Assembly: GCA_965214775.1 (NCBI GenBank)
Contig: OZ243974.1
Location: 1,312,001 to 1,376,000, forward strand
Source of the DNA: Nitrosopumilus sp.
GTDB lineage: Archaea; Thermoproteota; Nitrososphaeria; Nitrososphaerales; Nitrosopumilaceae
Direction: 5' to 3'
DNA length: 64,000 nt
Below the pieces are notes generated by a model, which had not been told where the DNA came from, did no database searches, and was given only the letters and a program-made list of their open reading frames with translations. The position numbers and the translations under genes were made by a program. Positions 28,090-38,885 of this stretch are shown here, one piece after another; the first letter of the stretch is position 1, and every line of letters starts with the position of its first letter.

Positions 28090-30084
28090 ATGGCTAAAGT
28101 TATAGGAATTGATTTGGGAACTAGTAATTCTGCTGCCGCAGTGATGATGGGCGGCAAACCAACTATTATTCCAGCCGCTGAAGGCGCCACAGTGGGCGGA
28201 AAGGCATTCCCGTCTGTTGTTGCATTTTCCAAGGAAGGCGAATTGCTAGTTGGCGAGCCGGCAAGAAGACAAGCGGTAACTAACCCTGATAATACAGTTG
28301 TTGCAGCTAAAAGAAAAATGGGCTCTGATCATGTTTTTAAAATTCAAGATAAAGATTACAAGCCTCAACAAATATCCGCATATATTTTACAAAAAATCAA
28401 AAAGGATGCCGAAGCATTTGTTGGAGAACCTGTGGAGAAAGCTGTCATTACCGTTCCTGCATATTTTGATGATAACCAACGCCAAGCAACAAAAGATGCC
28501 GGTACCATTGCAGGCTTGGATGTTGTAAGAATAATTAACGAACCTACTGCTGCATCTCTTGCATTTGGATTGGACAAGGCAAAAGAAGACATGAAAATTT
28601 TGGTTTTCGACTTTGGCGGAGGCACATTAGATGTGACAATTATGGAAATGGGCGGAGGCGTATTTGAAGTAATGAGCACATCTGGTGACACTCAATTAGG
28701 CGGCACTGATATGGACAAGGCAGTTATTGATTTCATTGTAGATGAATTCAGGAAAAAGGAAGGTGTAGATTTAACACAGGATTCCACTGCAATGACAAGA
28801 ATCAGGGAGGCAGCAGAAAAAGCCAAAATTGAATTATCTACAGTTATGGAAACCGATGTCAATTTGCCATTTATTGCTCATGATCCTTCTAGTGGAGCAA
28901 AGAATCTAGAATTGAGAATTACTAGAGCAAAACTTGATGAACTAATTGGGCCAATCGTTGACAGCTGCAAGCCTTCGATTCTCAAATCATTGGAAGATGC
29001 AAAGATATCTCCATCTGACATACACAAAATTGTGATGGTTGGAGGCCCAACTAGAATTCCTCTGGTAAGAAAATTTGTAAGTGAGGTTATTGGCAAAGAT
29101 GCCGAATCCGGCGTTGATCCAATGGAGGCAGTTGCTATGGGTGCTGCAATTCAGGCTGGTATTATAGCAGGTGATGTTGCAAGCGATATTGTCTTACTTG
29201 ATGTTACGCCTCTTACCTTGGGCATTGAAACCCTGGGAGGTGTCAGGGAACCCCTAATTGAAAGAAATACGACAATTCCTGCTTCTAAAAGTAAGGTTTT
29301 CACTACAGCAGCTGACAATCAAACTGCCGTAACGATTCATGTTGTTCAAGGCGAACGTCCAATGGCAACAGACAATGTTTCTTTGGGGAGTTTCAATCTG
29401 ACTGATTTGCCACCTGCACCACGCGGCGTTCCACAGATTGAGGTCAAGTTCGATATTGATGCTAATGGAATCATAAATGTAACTGCAAAAGATCTTGGAA
29501 CTCAAAAAGAAGCCAAGATAACAATCGAATCTTCTTCAAAACTTTCTGAAGAAGAAATTGAAAAACTAAAAGAAGATGCTGAAAAATTCTCTGATGAAGA
29601 CAAGAAAAAGAAAGAAAAAATTGATCTCAAGAACGAAGCCGAGAGCTATATCTACACTACAGAAAAACTAGTCAACCATGACTTGAAAGATAAAATTTCT
29701 CAAGAACAAGGAATCAAGGTAACTGATGCGGTAAAAGAGGTTAAAGAAGTTCTTGATAGGGAACCTGAAGAATTAAAGCCAAAGCTTGAAGCATTGCAAA
29801 CTCTTGTTAATGAAATTACAACTGAACTTTACAAAAATGCATCACCTCCACCGGGCGCTGAAGGCCAGCCGGGCGCTGAAGGCCAGCCGGGCGCTGAAGG
29901 CCAGCCGGGCGCTGAAGGCCAGCCGGGCGCTGAAGGCCAGCCGGGCGCTGAAGGCCAGCCGGGCGCTGAAGGCCAGCCGGGCGCTGAAGGCCAGCCGGGC
30001 GCTGAAGGCCAGCCGGGCGCTGAAGGCCAGCAATCTAATAAACAGACATCAGAATCTTCTTCTAATGAGAATAAGACCAACTGA
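28090..30084 (+). CDS. dnaK: Chaperone DnaK (Hsp70)
   Basis: [16 protein letters not shown] and DFGGGTLDV motifs; C-terminal (PGAEGQ)10 tail. Confidence 0.98.
   Translation: MAKVIGIDLGTSNSAAAVMMGGKPTIIPAAEGATVGGKAFPSVVAFSKEGELLVGEPARRQAVTNPDNTVVAAKRKMGSDHVFKIQDKDYKPQQISAYILQKIKKDAEAFVGEPVEKAVITVPAYFDDNQRQATKDAGTIAGLDVVRIINEPTAASLAFGLDKAKEDMKILVFDFGGGTLDVTIMEMGGGVFEVMSTSGDTQLGGTDMDKAVIDFIVDEFRKKEGVDLTQDSTAMTRIREAAEKAKIELSTVMETDVNLPFIAHDPSSGAKNLELRITRAKLDELIGPIVDSCKPSILKSLEDAKISPSDIHKIVMVGGPTRIPLVRKFVSEVIGKDAESGVDPMEAVAMGAAIQAGIIAGDVASDIVLLDVTPLTLGIETLGGVREPLIERNTTIPASKSKVFTTAADNQTAVTIHVVQGERPMATDNVSLGSFNLTDLPPAPRGVPQIEVKFDIDANGIINVTAKDLGTQKEAKITIESSSKLSEEEIEKLKEDAEKFSDEDKKKKEKIDLKNEAESYIYTTEKLVNHDLKDKISQEQGIKVTDAVKEVKEVLDREPEELKPKLEALQTLVNEITTELYKNASPPPGAEGQPGAEGQPGAEGQPGAEGQPGAEGQPGAEGQPGAEGQPGAEGQPGAEGQPGAEGQQSNKQTSESSSNENKTN
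29851..30030 (+). repeat. 18-bp perfect tandem repeat x10 (ccgggcgctgaaggccag) in the dnaK tail
   Basis: Counted directly; in frame, no spacers. Confidence 0.95.
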
Positions 30085-30130
30085 TTTTTCTAATCCCTTA
30101 ACTGATATTCTATTGATAAAGTGATAATTT

Positions 30131-31219
30131 ATGGCAGCAAAACGTGATTATTATGAAGTATTAGGAGTCTCCAAATCTGCTTCATCTGATGAAATCAAAA
30201 AACAGTATAGAAAATTGGCGTTAAAATTTCATCCTGACAGAAATAATTCCTCCGAATCCGGAGAACATTTCAAAGAAATTTCCGAAGCCTATGCAGTATT
30301 GTCTGATGCCGAAAAAAGGCAAATCTATGATCAGCATGGTCATGCAGGAGTGGATGGAAGATACAGCAGTGAAGATATCTTCCAAGGAGCACGCGGGGAT
30401 TTTAGTGACATATTTGGCCGCGGAGGAGGAGGTTTTGAATCTGTCTTTGAATCAATATTTGGCCGCGGCGGCGGAGGCGATTTTGGATTCAACCAGCAGC
30501 GCGGTTCTGACATTCTCTATGAGACATCTGTATCACTGGAGGACGTTCTTCATGGTAAGCAAATGGAAATTGATTTACAAAAGCAAATTGCATGTGGAGT
30601 TTGTCAGGGCTCTGGATGCAAACCGGGAACAAACAAGAAAACATGTGGTTCTTGCAACGGTCACGGACAAGTTCGTCAAACCAGGAATATGGGATTTGCA
30701 TCCTTTGTAACTGCAGCTCCTTGCTCCTCTTGCAGAGGTCAGGGATCAGTAATTGAAACTCCGTGCGATGACTGCAAAGGACAAGGAAAGAAAAAGGGCT
30801 CCAAGAAAGTCACATTTGCAATTCCGCCAGGAATTGATTCAGGAGATTATACGGTACCTAATGAGGGCAACGAGGTTCCAAACGGCTCAAACGGTGATCT
30901 TATCGTCAGAGTCAGAGTTCAACCTCACCCTCAATTCAAGAGAGACGGCAAAGACATCTTTTATGATCATGACGTTTCTATGGTTGATGCAGCCCTGGGC
31001 TGTGACATTGTTGTGCCTACGCTGGAAGGCCATGAAAAAATAAGGGTAGACTCTGGCAGTCAGCCTAACACCATAATAAAACTAAGAGGAAAAGGCGTTT
31101 CTCACGTCAATTCTAGAGGAAAAGGCGATCAATATGTCAGGATTGTAGTAAACATCCCTAGAAAACTCAACAAACATCAAAAAAATCTTCTTGACGAATT
31201 CCAAAAATCTTCCGAGTAG
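30131..31219 (+). CDS. dnaJ: Chaperone DnaJ
   Basis: J domain with HPD, G/F-rich region and four CxxCxGxG repeats. Confidence 0.97.
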   Translation: MAAKRDYYEVLGVSKSASSDEIKKQYRKLALKFHPDRNNSSESGEHFKEISEAYAVLSDAEKRQIYDQHGHAGVDGRYSSEDIFQGARGDFSDIFGRGGGGFESVFESIFGRGGGGDFGFNQQRGSDILYETSVSLEDVLHGKQMEIDLQKQIACGVCQGSGCKPGTNKKTCGSCNGHGQVRQTRNMGFASFVTAAPCSSCRGQGSVIETPCDDCKGQGKKKGSKKVTFAIPPGIDSGDYTVPNEGNEVPNGSNGDLIVRVRVQPHPQFKRDGKDIFYDHDVSMVDAALGCDIVVPTLEGHEKIRVDSGSQPNTIIKLRGKGVSHVNSRGKGDQYVRIVVNIPRKLNKHQKNLLDEFQKSSE

Positions 31220-31227
31220 ATCAAACC

Positions 31228-31776
31228 ATGAAAATTGCACTAGATGTTGACGGGGTTCTTGCCGACGTTATCGTCTCTTGGATTGAACATAACAACAAAT
31301 TTCGTACCGAAATTTTAAAACACGAGATAACTGACTGGGATTTTTGGAAAAAATTCAACATTAACCAATATGACTTTTATGCCGAATTAAGCAGGTGCTG
31401 GGAAAATTGGCCCAGCATTCCGCCTACGGAAACAAAACTATCTGATTTCACAAAGAGCATTTCTGAAATAGGGCAGGTAGACATTGTTACTGCTAGAGAA
31501 CGGTCAACTGATTTTTTTGTAAAAGACTGGCTAAGGCACCATGAGATTTCCTATGAAAATTATGTTTCTGTAGCTAGCGGACCGATGAAAGCTGATTTGA
31601 ACTATGACGTATTTATCGATGATTCCCCTCTAAACACCGTGAAAATTTTACAGAATCAAAAAAGAATTTTTCTTTATGATCAACCATGGAATCAAGATAT
31701 TGCTGATGAGAGGATTCATAGAATTTCAAGCCTGTCTCAAGCCATTGAACAGCTCAATCAGGAACAATCCTTCTGA
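31228..31776 (+). CDS. HAD-superfamily 5'(3')-deoxyribonucleotidase-like phosphatase
   Basis: IALDVDGVLAD, IVTAR, FIDDSP and QPWN motifs. Confidence 0.85.
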   Translation: MKIALDVDGVLADVIVSWIEHNNKFRTEILKHEITDWDFWKKFNINQYDFYAELSRCWENWPSIPPTETKLSDFTKSISEIGQVDIVTARERSTDFFVKDWLRHHEISYENYVSVASGPMKADLNYDVFIDDSPLNTVKILQNQKRIFLYDQPWNQDIADERIHRISSLSQAIEQLNQEQSF

Positions 31777-31918
31777 CGTTGATCTGATGTCCGCTTCTTA
31801 CATGACTTGCATGTGTGGTTTTGAGCAATTCATCGATTTTGTCGTCATTATAGAACTTGACATTATAACGTCCTAGAACCTTCTTGCAATTTGTACAGTA
31901 TACCTCCCTGAATTCCAT
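31754..31918 (-). CDS. Small putative zinc-binding protein
   Basis: MEFREVYCTNCKK...H..H...GH; probable start 31918. Confidence 0.65.
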   Translation of the reverse strand: MEFREVYCTNCKKVLGRYNVKFYNDDKIDELLKTTHASHVRSGHQINVRRIVPD

Positions 31919-31992
31919 TTTTTCACCTTTGTAATCTGCTTTATCTTCCAGCATAATAAAGAAACTTATTCCAGACTGCAAAATTTTATGAT

Positions 31993-32077
31993 GCGGGAGT
32001 CGCCCAGCCTGGCCAACGGCGTAAGGTTCAGATCCTTATCTCTTAGGAGTTCGTGGGTTCGAATCCCACCTCCCGCA
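31993..32077 (+). tRNA. tRNA-Leu (CAG)
   Basis: gcgggag acceptor stem, taagg-ttCAGat-cctta anticodon arm, long variable arm and gttcgaatc T loop. Confidence 0.95.
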
Positions 32078-32080
32078 TAA

Positions 32081-33982
32081 TTACAATTTTTTTTGAATGT
32101 TTTTCATTAAAAGCCTGTTTACAGTCTCACCAGACGCCTTTCCTCTTAGTTCCTTCATGAGTATTCCCATTAGTGGGCCTATGGCCCTTTCCTTTTGGTT
32201 CTTTATCAACTGCTTGTTCTTGTCAACTATTTCCTGAACGATTTTTTCTATGTCTGATTCATCTACTGCTTTTATAGATGATGCCTTCATTGCATCTTCA
32301 ACAGTGCCTCTTGATCTTCCAGACATTATGTTCTCAAATATGATTTCAATTGATTCTTTTGCAATTTTTCCTTTCTCTAAAAATTCAAACGCCTTTACAA
32401 TCTGCCGGCTTTTTAATAATTCTGTGTCCAGACCGTTTCTTTCCAAGTTTGTGATTGTTGAACAAAATATCGATGCTACAAATGTCGGATTTACCTTTGA
32501 TTTTTCCAGAATTTTTTCAAATAAATTGATATACTTTGAGTCAAAGATCTGCTCTGCCAACTGCAAGTTCAGACCGTGTTTTGTCTGCAATTCCTCTAAC
32601 GATTCATCCCATGATTTTGGAATGTTCCTTATCGACTCTTCCAGTTCATCTTTAGAAACAATGATTGGAGGGATATCCGTTTCAGGATACATTCTTGCTG
32701 CACCCGGTCTTGGGCGAAGAAACTTTGTCTGGCCTTCTTGCGTAGCTAGTCTGGTATCGGTGGGAATTCCATGATTTTTGATATGCTCTATTCTTAGAAC
32801 TATTTGATCGGTAACAACCTTCGTTTTTTCCTCTGGACACGCCAAGATGAGAAACCCGTCTGTTTCCTTAATTTTCATGAACTCCCTGATACTGTCAATG
32901 TCTGTCTGCTTGAGGCCGTAGTTTGGAAGCTCATCGGAGTGAAAGATTCCTCCGATTCCAAAAAATCTAACCAGTTCTGCCACCTCCTTGCCCAACCGGA
33001 TTCCCTCATATGGCGAAAAGCCAAATAATCCTGCCAGATTTTTGAATGAAATTCCGGCTATCTTCTGTCTTTTCTTTATTGCGTTCTGAATGATCTTTGA
33101 GTCACATTTAGAAAATAACTCGGTAATGTCTCTTCTATCCTCATTTGCATTATGCATCCATTCCCTTCTCCGAAGTTCTTTAGAAATTTTCAAGAGTCCG
33201 TGCTGCCTCATTGCTTCGTATTCTACAACTTTTTGCAATTGATCTAACTGCTGGACTCCTTTGACTTCAATTACGATTCCCCCGTCTCGAATTGAAACAT
33301 TGACATCCTGTCTGATTGACCCTAATCCCCGTCTGACTTTTTTTGTGCTTCTGAGAATTCTTCCTAGCGCCAATGCGACTTTTTTAACGTTTTTTGGATC
33401 TGCTTCAAAAGGCTCTGTGGCAATTTCGACTAGTGGAATTCCCAGCCTTTCTAATCCGAACTTCCTAACAGAACCCTTGGTCCCCAAATTTTTTGCAGCA
33501 TCTTCCTCAAGACATATTGATTGGATGCCGATTCTATCTTCTCCGGTCTCAAAACTTCCGCCTTGCGAAATGAGCATGGTTCTTTGAAAACCAGCTGTAT
33601 TTGAACCGTCTACAACCGTCTTTCTCATCGGATAAATCTCGCCAAATACATTGGAATTCAGTGCAGATGCTATTACTAGCGCAATTTTTTTGGCATCTGC
33701 ATCCAATTCGTGTGGCGGCTCTTCATCTTGTTCGACAAGACAACTGCTTTCAGGATTTCCAAAGTAAACAATGGACTTTGATTTAGATTTTTCAAACAGT
33801 GCAGCCGGATCATACTCTCCCAGCTCACTTTTTGCGGCTCTTAATTTCCTTTGAAATCTAATCGAATACTCCTCAGTCTCTATTGGTTCACAATCACAAA
33901 ATAATTTTTTATTGGTGGCCAACTGCTGGTGTATTTCCAATCCTACCCTGACTCCTAAATCATTTATTTTAACTTCGGTCAA
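32081..33982 (-). CDS. gatE: Glu-tRNA(Gln) amidotransferase subunit E
   Basis: VGLEIHQQL, MRKTVVDGSNT.GFQRT, RGLGSIRQDVNVSI and RPRPGAARMYPETDIP motifs. Confidence 0.97.
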   Translation of the reverse strand: MTEVKINDLGVRVGLEIHQQLATNKKLFCDCEPIETEEYSIRFQRKLRAAKSELGEYDPAALFEKSKSKSIVYFGNPESSCLVEQDEEPPHELDADAKKIALVIASALNSNVFGEIYPMRKTVVDGSNTAGFQRTMLISQGGSFETGEDRIGIQSICLEEDAAKNLGTKGSVRKFGLERLGIPLVEIATEPFEADPKNVKKVALALGRILRSTKKVRRGLGSIRQDVNVSIRDGGIVIEVKGVQQLDQLQKVVEYEAMRQHGLLKISKELRRREWMHNANEDRRDITELFSKCDSKIIQNAIKKRQKIAGISFKNLAGLFGFSPYEGIRLGKEVAELVRFFGIGGIFHSDELPNYGLKQTDIDSIREFMKIKETDGFLILACPEEKTKVVTDQIVLRIEHIKNHGIPTDTRLATQEGQTKFLRPRPGAARMYPETDIPPIIVSKDELEESIRNIPKSWDESLEELQTKHGLNLQLAEQIFDSKYINLFEKILEKSKVNPTFVASIFCSTITNLERNGLDTELLKSRQIVKAFEFLEKGKIAKESIEIIFENIMSGRSRGTVEDAMKASSIKAVDESDIEKIVQEIVDKNKQLIKNQKERAIGPLMGILMKELRGKASGETVNRLLMKNIQKKL

Positions 33983-33996
33983 TTACTGCCTCCTCC

Positions 33997-35289
33997 TTAC
34001 TTTGATATTTCTGAAGCAATGTTCTGCAACATAATTCTCTTTATTTCATCAGAACTATCATAGTTTCCAGCTGCCCACATTGCCTTGACTAGAGCAACTT
34101 CCGGAATCATATTTTCAAGGGGAATTATGCCCAGATTCAGCAAATCTCTTCCACTTTCATATACTGTCATTCTGACTCTGCCATCAATGCATTGTGACGT
34201 CATGCCCAAGAAAATCCCTTTTTGATCTGCTTTTTTGATTGATTCATACATTACTTTTCCAACGTGACCCAACCCGGTCCCTTCGAAAATAATTCCCCTG
34301 ACTCCTGAATCAATTATTTGTTCCAGACCTTGCGGATCGTATCCTGGATGATATTTCACTAGCGCAACCTTTGTACTCAATTTAATTTTCGGCCGAAATT
34401 CTTTTGTTGAGAAAAATTCTTTTGTCAAGTTCGTTTGAATTTGTTCTTCTGTAATAACAAAAGCTGGATCACCCCCTATGGTTTGAAACGCGCCTCTTTT
34501 ACTAGTGTGATTTTTTCTCACCCTGGTTCCAATATGACAGGCTATCGTATTGTCATTTTCATCTTGGTGCATAACAACGTACACTCCTCTGGCCTTGGTT
34601 TCTGTAATGAATTTTGTTGCGCCGATTAAATTTAATGCGGCATCAGACGATGCTCTGTCTGAAGATCTTTGTGAACCGACAAGTACTATTGGAATGGGAA
34701 ATCCTGCTAATGCAAATGACAAAAATGATGATGTATAATGCATTGTATCTGTTCCATGCGCAACGATTATTCCTGAATAATCTGATTTTTCAAATTCTTT
34801 AATCTTTTTTGCAATTTCCAACCAATTTTCTGGCATGATGTTTTCAGAGTATTCTGATAAGAGAACTTTGGAATCCATGTTTGCAATTTCAGAGAGTTCT
34901 GGAACAGACGAGTTTAATTCTTGGGCAGTCAACACCGGAGTTACCGCGCCTGTTCTATAATCTACTCTGCTTGCTATCGTCCCGCCTGTAGAAAGTAGCA
35001 AGACCTTTGGCAATCCTCCCTTTTTTAAAATCTGTTCAGGTGTTGGAATAATTTTTTTCGATTTTTGATATTTTTCCACTCTTTCAATTTTTGCAATTTC
35101 CAAACCTACGTTGTACCCGCTTTTGAGCTTGATCACAACGTGTTGATCACCACCACCCTCATATCTTGGCATTATGATTCCTGAATACGTAAGATCATCT
35201 GAAAGAATTTTTACAGAGTCTCCCACTGAAATTTGATTGGATTCTAAAAATTCTAATGATTTTCCCTTATATCCTGCATATGCTGACAT
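33997..35289 (-). CDS. gatD: Glu-tRNA(Gln) amidotransferase subunit D
   Basis: KLKSGYNVG, STGGTIASRVDYRTGAV, HGTDT and GSQRSSDR motifs. Confidence 0.97.
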   Translation of the reverse strand: MSAYAGYKGKSLEFLESNQISVGDSVKILSDDLTYSGIIMPRYEGGGDQHVVIKLKSGYNVGLEIAKIERVEKYQKSKKIIPTPEQILKKGGLPKVLLLSTGGTIASRVDYRTGAVTPVLTAQELNSSVPELSEIANMDSKVLLSEYSENIMPENWLEIAKKIKEFEKSDYSGIIVAHGTDTMHYTSSFLSFALAGFPIPIVLVGSQRSSDRASSDAALNLIGATKFITETKARGVYVVMHQDENDNTIACHIGTRVRKNHTSKRGAFQTIGGDPAFVITEEQIQTNLTKEFFSTKEFRPKIKLSTKVALVKYHPGYDPQGLEQIIDSGVRGIIFEGTGLGHVGKVMYESIKKADQKGIFLGMTSQCIDGRVRMTVYESGRDLLNLGIIPLENMIPEVALVKAMWAAGNYDSSDEIKRIMLQNIASEISK

Positions 35290-35332
35290 TATTGAGAAGT
35301 TATCTGTTATTTTATTAAAAGTACCTTATTCC

Positions 35333-36581
35333 CAGCAACTCCGATTGTGACCCCTGCCTGCCCTAGCCCGGATCAGGGGGATAAAAACAAGAAAAAGTTC
35401 CACATCGCCTTTGTCACCAACATGACCCGCTGCACGCCGGAGGATTTGTTTGAGCTTCCCGAGGAGTACCGCAAGAGGTGGGGAATAGAGACCGGATACC
35501 GGGACGTCAAGAGGGCCATGCCGCGCACCTGCAGTCGGAACGATGCCATAAGGCTCATACTGTTCTACCTGTCGCTTGGAATGTCTAACATCTGGATGAT
35601 CGCAAGATCATGGTGCAAAAAAAGGAGGAGATCAAGCTCAAGGTGCTGCTTGCCCGCATTATAAGATGGTGTATGAGACCATGGAACAAAAAGCCCCCCT
35701 TTCCAGTATTATCAGGTTGCATCTTATCTTGCTGCTGCCAGAGGATATGGTATACTTGCTGACTGCATCCCTGTGCCCGTCTATGTGCTCCTGTATGGCC
35801 CTCTCAACTCCCTTGGTGCATACTGCAGGAGTCATGAACCGCAACCCGGCATCATTTATCGTGTTGAGTACGTCAACTGAGTAAAACTCCCTGTCCATCA
35901 GGATCATCTGCGGCCTGATGTGCACTCTCTTGATGGTTTTCAATAATTTACGCACGAATTCGGGGTTGAATGCGTCCCTGGTCACCGGAAGGCACGCAAG
36001 GTACGTCTGGTGCTTTTGTCCTACTGTTCTTGCGGTGATGTATGCCTCAGCCGTGCGGGTGCCCGGTCCCCTGTACTTTATCTTGTGGGTCATGTCCGGA
36101 TTGTGGTCGTACCGCGGGATCTTGGTCTTGTCGATGGCCATGATCGGGGATTTTCCAATCAGGCCGCCCTTGATGGAGTCTGTGACGGTCCTGTGCAGGA
36201 TCTTGTCGGCCCTCTTGTGCATCGTTTCATAGTCCACCTGGCCCAGCTTGCCAAGCAGCCAGTCGGCGCCGGGGCTGCGGCCTGCAGAGTCCCGGAGTAT
36301 CTCTGCGGCCTGCTCTGCGCACATGCGCTCCTTGGACATCGTTGCCAGAAGCGCAGCTGCATCCGTTTCATCGTATATTGCGTTGGGTCTGTCAGAGAAT
36401 TTCATGCCTACTGCCGAGACGGAGTTCTGGAACATCTTGCGCTCCCTGTGTCCGTACGGCTTTTGAGCGGCCCTGCCACTTTTTGTCATGCAGGAATTGC
36501 TAAAAGTCCCCCCCTATAGATCCAAGTGATCATAAAAATCTGTCAATTTGCTTTATTTTCAGGCCACAATCGGAACTACTG
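35333..36581 (-). mobile_element. Second ISH3/IS4-like copy, broken by an internal inversion
   Basis: Both TIRs are present (cagcaactccgattgtg.. / ..cacaatcggaactactg). The transposase 5' part reads on the minus strand and its 3' ~320 bp on the plus strand. No TSD. Confidence 0.9.
35347..36489 (-). pseudogene. Split transposase: about aa 1-264 on the minus strand, DKNKKK...SWCKK on the plus strand (~35381-35695)
   Basis: Both pieces are near-identical to 14678-15802. Confidence 0.88.
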
Positions 36582-36874
36582 AACACCCTTGTACATGGTA
36601 AGTTCCGATCGACTCTCAGGCCCAACGGTAATTGTATATCACAGGATACAGATAAGATTTCATATAGCGTCTACTGAGATCGCCGGTCAAGACCCTCAAT
36701 TACCTGTGACCATTGCTATATCAGTGCGCGAAGCACAGGAACACAGCAGCTCGGATATCCCCATTCAACAAATAGTGCGCGAAGCACATGCATAACGAGG
36801 AGTTGATCCATCACCCTGACTACGGCGGAGTTTTTTTATCATGTGTTCAACAAACTAGATCGGAGCACGCGTTT

Positions 36875-37132
36875 TTATTTTCTGTAACTTTTCTTCCGAA
36901 TGTTGATCTCCACGACAAAAATCACCATGACGTTTTGCCGTAACTCCAAAATGATCCTATAGTCTCCTACACGCAGCCTATACAACGAGGAGCCAACCAG
37001 CCTAGTCGTTGCCTTGAATGGATCCTCGTATGCACATTCCAGAATAGAGTCATAAATCCATTGGCTGTACTTCTTGTCTATTTTTTCCAGCTGCCTCACT
37101 GATCTGTCTGACCATTGAACCTGCCAGACCAT
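36875..37132 (-). CDS. RelE/ParE-family toxin
   Basis: W.VQWSD...RQLEKID, DPF....L.G..LYRLRVGDYRII and C-terminal RKKSY motifs. Confidence 0.88.
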   Translation of the reverse strand: MVWQVQWSDRSVRQLEKIDKKYSQWIYDSILECAYEDPFKATTRLVGSSLYRLRVGDYRIILELRQNVMVIFVVEINIRKKSYRK

Positions 37133-37133
37133 C

Positions 37134-37367
37134 TCATTCGAATCCTAGCCTTTCCTTGACCTGTTCGGACGTGTATACGCGCCCCGCCTCTATGTCCGCA
37201 ATGCCTTTTGCAATTCCTTGGATTGTGGCCGGACTGAGCTCACCGTCCTCTTGGGTCATCTTTAAAAGCCTAGCGATCGTCACTTCGTAGGTCTCTTCAG
37301 GATGACTCCTTCGCTTCTTGAGGTCGTCTTTGAGCCTTTGGGAGATTCTTATTACATCCTGACCCAT
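37134..37367 (-). CDS. Putative cognate antitoxin (RHH-like N-terminus)
   Basis: 77-aa ORF 1 bp upstream of the toxin; IRIS..LK..L...ETYE.TI.RL and DIEAGRVYT.EQVK..LG. Confidence 0.8.
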   Translation of the reverse strand: MGQDVIRISQRLKDDLKKRRSHPEETYEVTIARLLKMTQEDGELSPATIQGIAKGIADIEAGRVYTSEQVKERLGFE

Positions 37368-37409
37368 TGTTCAATATGGCATATTGCGGTATAAAACAAT
37401 ATATGACAG

Positions 37410-37491
37410 GTACAACATCAGATCCTATTTAAACCGCCTAGGAATCTAGGAAGTATTTGCTTGCCAGCATAAATAGGACCTGAAGTTGTAC
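37410..37491. mobile_element. 82-bp MITE, family A, copy 2
   Basis: Differs from 2479-2560 at only four positions by eye. Confidence 0.9.
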
Positions 37492-37530
37492 CCTGGTGCT
37501 GCGCAAGGCCATCAGGCAGTTTGGGACGTC

Positions 37531-38595
37531 TCTATTGTACGAAAATTAGGTCGCACTAATTTGAGGAGGATTGCAAAGGATTACTTTAGGCTTTACCGAT
37601 CAAGAAAACCGATGGTTGTAAGGCTCGAGGCAAAGCAGATCAGATACGCAGTGACGCAATGTGCAGGGGGACGAAAGCCCTCGGAGGTGGCCCCGGAGAT
37701 AGGCGTCACGACAAGGCACGTCCAGCGGATGTATGCCCGGTTCAGGAAGACAGGCGACACGCACCACGTGCCGCTCAAGCCGGGAAGGAAAAAGAGCGCC
37801 CCGGTTCCCGACGGGGACGTGCGCGCAGTCCTGGAGGAGTACAAACACAGTGCAGCAGGGGTGGTTCATACGGCCAAGAGGCTGCGAAGGCAACTCGATA
37901 TAAGCTACTACGAGGTATACAGGATAATGAAAGAAAACGGGCTGGTGACGCCATCGGCTGCAAAATCAATGCCCAGAAAATACGTCCGCTTTGAGCGCAA
38001 ATACTCCAATGCCATGTGGCACGTGGACTGGCATACCATGAAGGATCCGCGCTTTGCAGGGCTCAATTTGGTCACGTTCCTAGACGACTCGTCCAGGTGC
38101 GTGACTGGTGCGGGCCTGTTCAGGGAGGCCACCTCAGAAAACGTCGTGGCGGTCCTGCGGCAGGCCGTGGCCCAGTTCGGCGCGCCTGCCACCATACTCT
38201 CAGACAACGGCAAGTGCTTTGTCGGGGCGCGCTCGGATCCGAAGAAGAAGAAGAGTCCGCCCAAGGGCGGATGGAGGCCCACTGCCTTTGAGGAGGAGCT
38301 GCTCAACTGCGAAATCGGGCTGATAAACTCCAGGCCGTATCACCCGCAGACCAATGGCAAACTGGAGAGATTCCACAGGAGCATCGAGGAGGAGATATGG
38401 AACCACAAGAGTCTGTCTGCATACATCGACTACTATAACGAGGACAGGCTGCACTGGTCGCTTGACATCGACAACTACGAGACGCCGCTGCGGGCATTCT
38501 CCGACAGGGAGGCCACAGAAGCGATCAGGAAAAACAACCCAAGATGGATGGAGGAGGACATTGGTGATGGTGCGACATAATTTTCATATAATACA
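37531..38595 (+). mobile_element. IS481-family insertion sequence, intact ORF
   Basis: Imperfect 26-bp TIR tctattgtacgaaaattaggtcgcac / gtgcgacataattttcatataataca; 15-bp TSD gcagtttgggacgtc at 37516-37530 and 38596-38610. Confidence 0.9.
37612..38580 (+). CDS. IS481-family (rve integrase-core) transposase
   Basis: HTH followed by WHVDW, LDDSSR, ILSDNG, RPYHPQTNGKLERFH and YYNEDRLH. ATG 37612 is the first ATG inside the TIR. Confidence 0.9.
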   Translation: MVVRLEAKQIRYAVTQCAGGRKPSEVAPEIGVTTRHVQRMYARFRKTGDTHHVPLKPGRKKSAPVPDGDVRAVLEEYKHSAAGVVHTAKRLRRQLDISYYEVYRIMKENGLVTPSAAKSMPRKYVRFERKYSNAMWHVDWHTMKDPRFAGLNLVTFLDDSSRCVTGAGLFREATSENVVAVLRQAVAQFGAPATILSDNGKCFVGARSDPKKKKSPPKGGWRPTAFEEELLNCEIGLINSRPYHPQTNGKLERFHRSIEEEIWNHKSLSAYIDYYNEDRLHWSLDIDNYETPLRAFSDREATEAIRKNNPRWMEEDIGDGAT

Positions 38596-38885
38596 GCAGT
38601 TTGGGACGTCTGCCCAGATACTCTCAGACAACGGCAGCTGCTTTACGTCTGCCAGACGCGGTACCCTCCCTCCCCTCGAGGCAACTGGATGCCCACGCTG
38701 TTTGAGAATGAGCTACTAGAGCGTAACATCGTCCTGCTCAACTCGCGTCCGCATCCCCCCAGACCAACGGCAAGTTGGAAAGGTGATTTGAGATGCTTGA
38801 GAACGAGCTGACGCACTTTGAAAGTAGACGAGTTCATCGAGTTCTACAACGAGCGCAGGACGCACTGGTCGCTTGACATCAAACA

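Noticed and set aside
29851-30030. dnaK-tail repeat as a CRISPR array, and its alternative-frame ORFs (RALKAS, WPSAPG, ARLAFS repeats)
   Set aside because: Head-to-tail units with no spacers, in frame within dnaK; the other ORFs are shadows of the repeat.
25113-32077. tRNA-anchored integrated element at tRNA-Gln or tRNA-Leu
   Set aside because: No integrase gene and no duplicated tRNA 3' end seen; flanking genes look like core genes.
36723-36788. Mini-CRISPR array
   Set aside because: Only two 15-bp repeats, and no cas genes in the window. Kept only as a low-interest motif.
37486-37611. N-terminal extension of the IS481 transposase
   Set aside because: The track start lies in MITE-A and the older IS481, outside the TIR; ATG 37612 is the plausible start.
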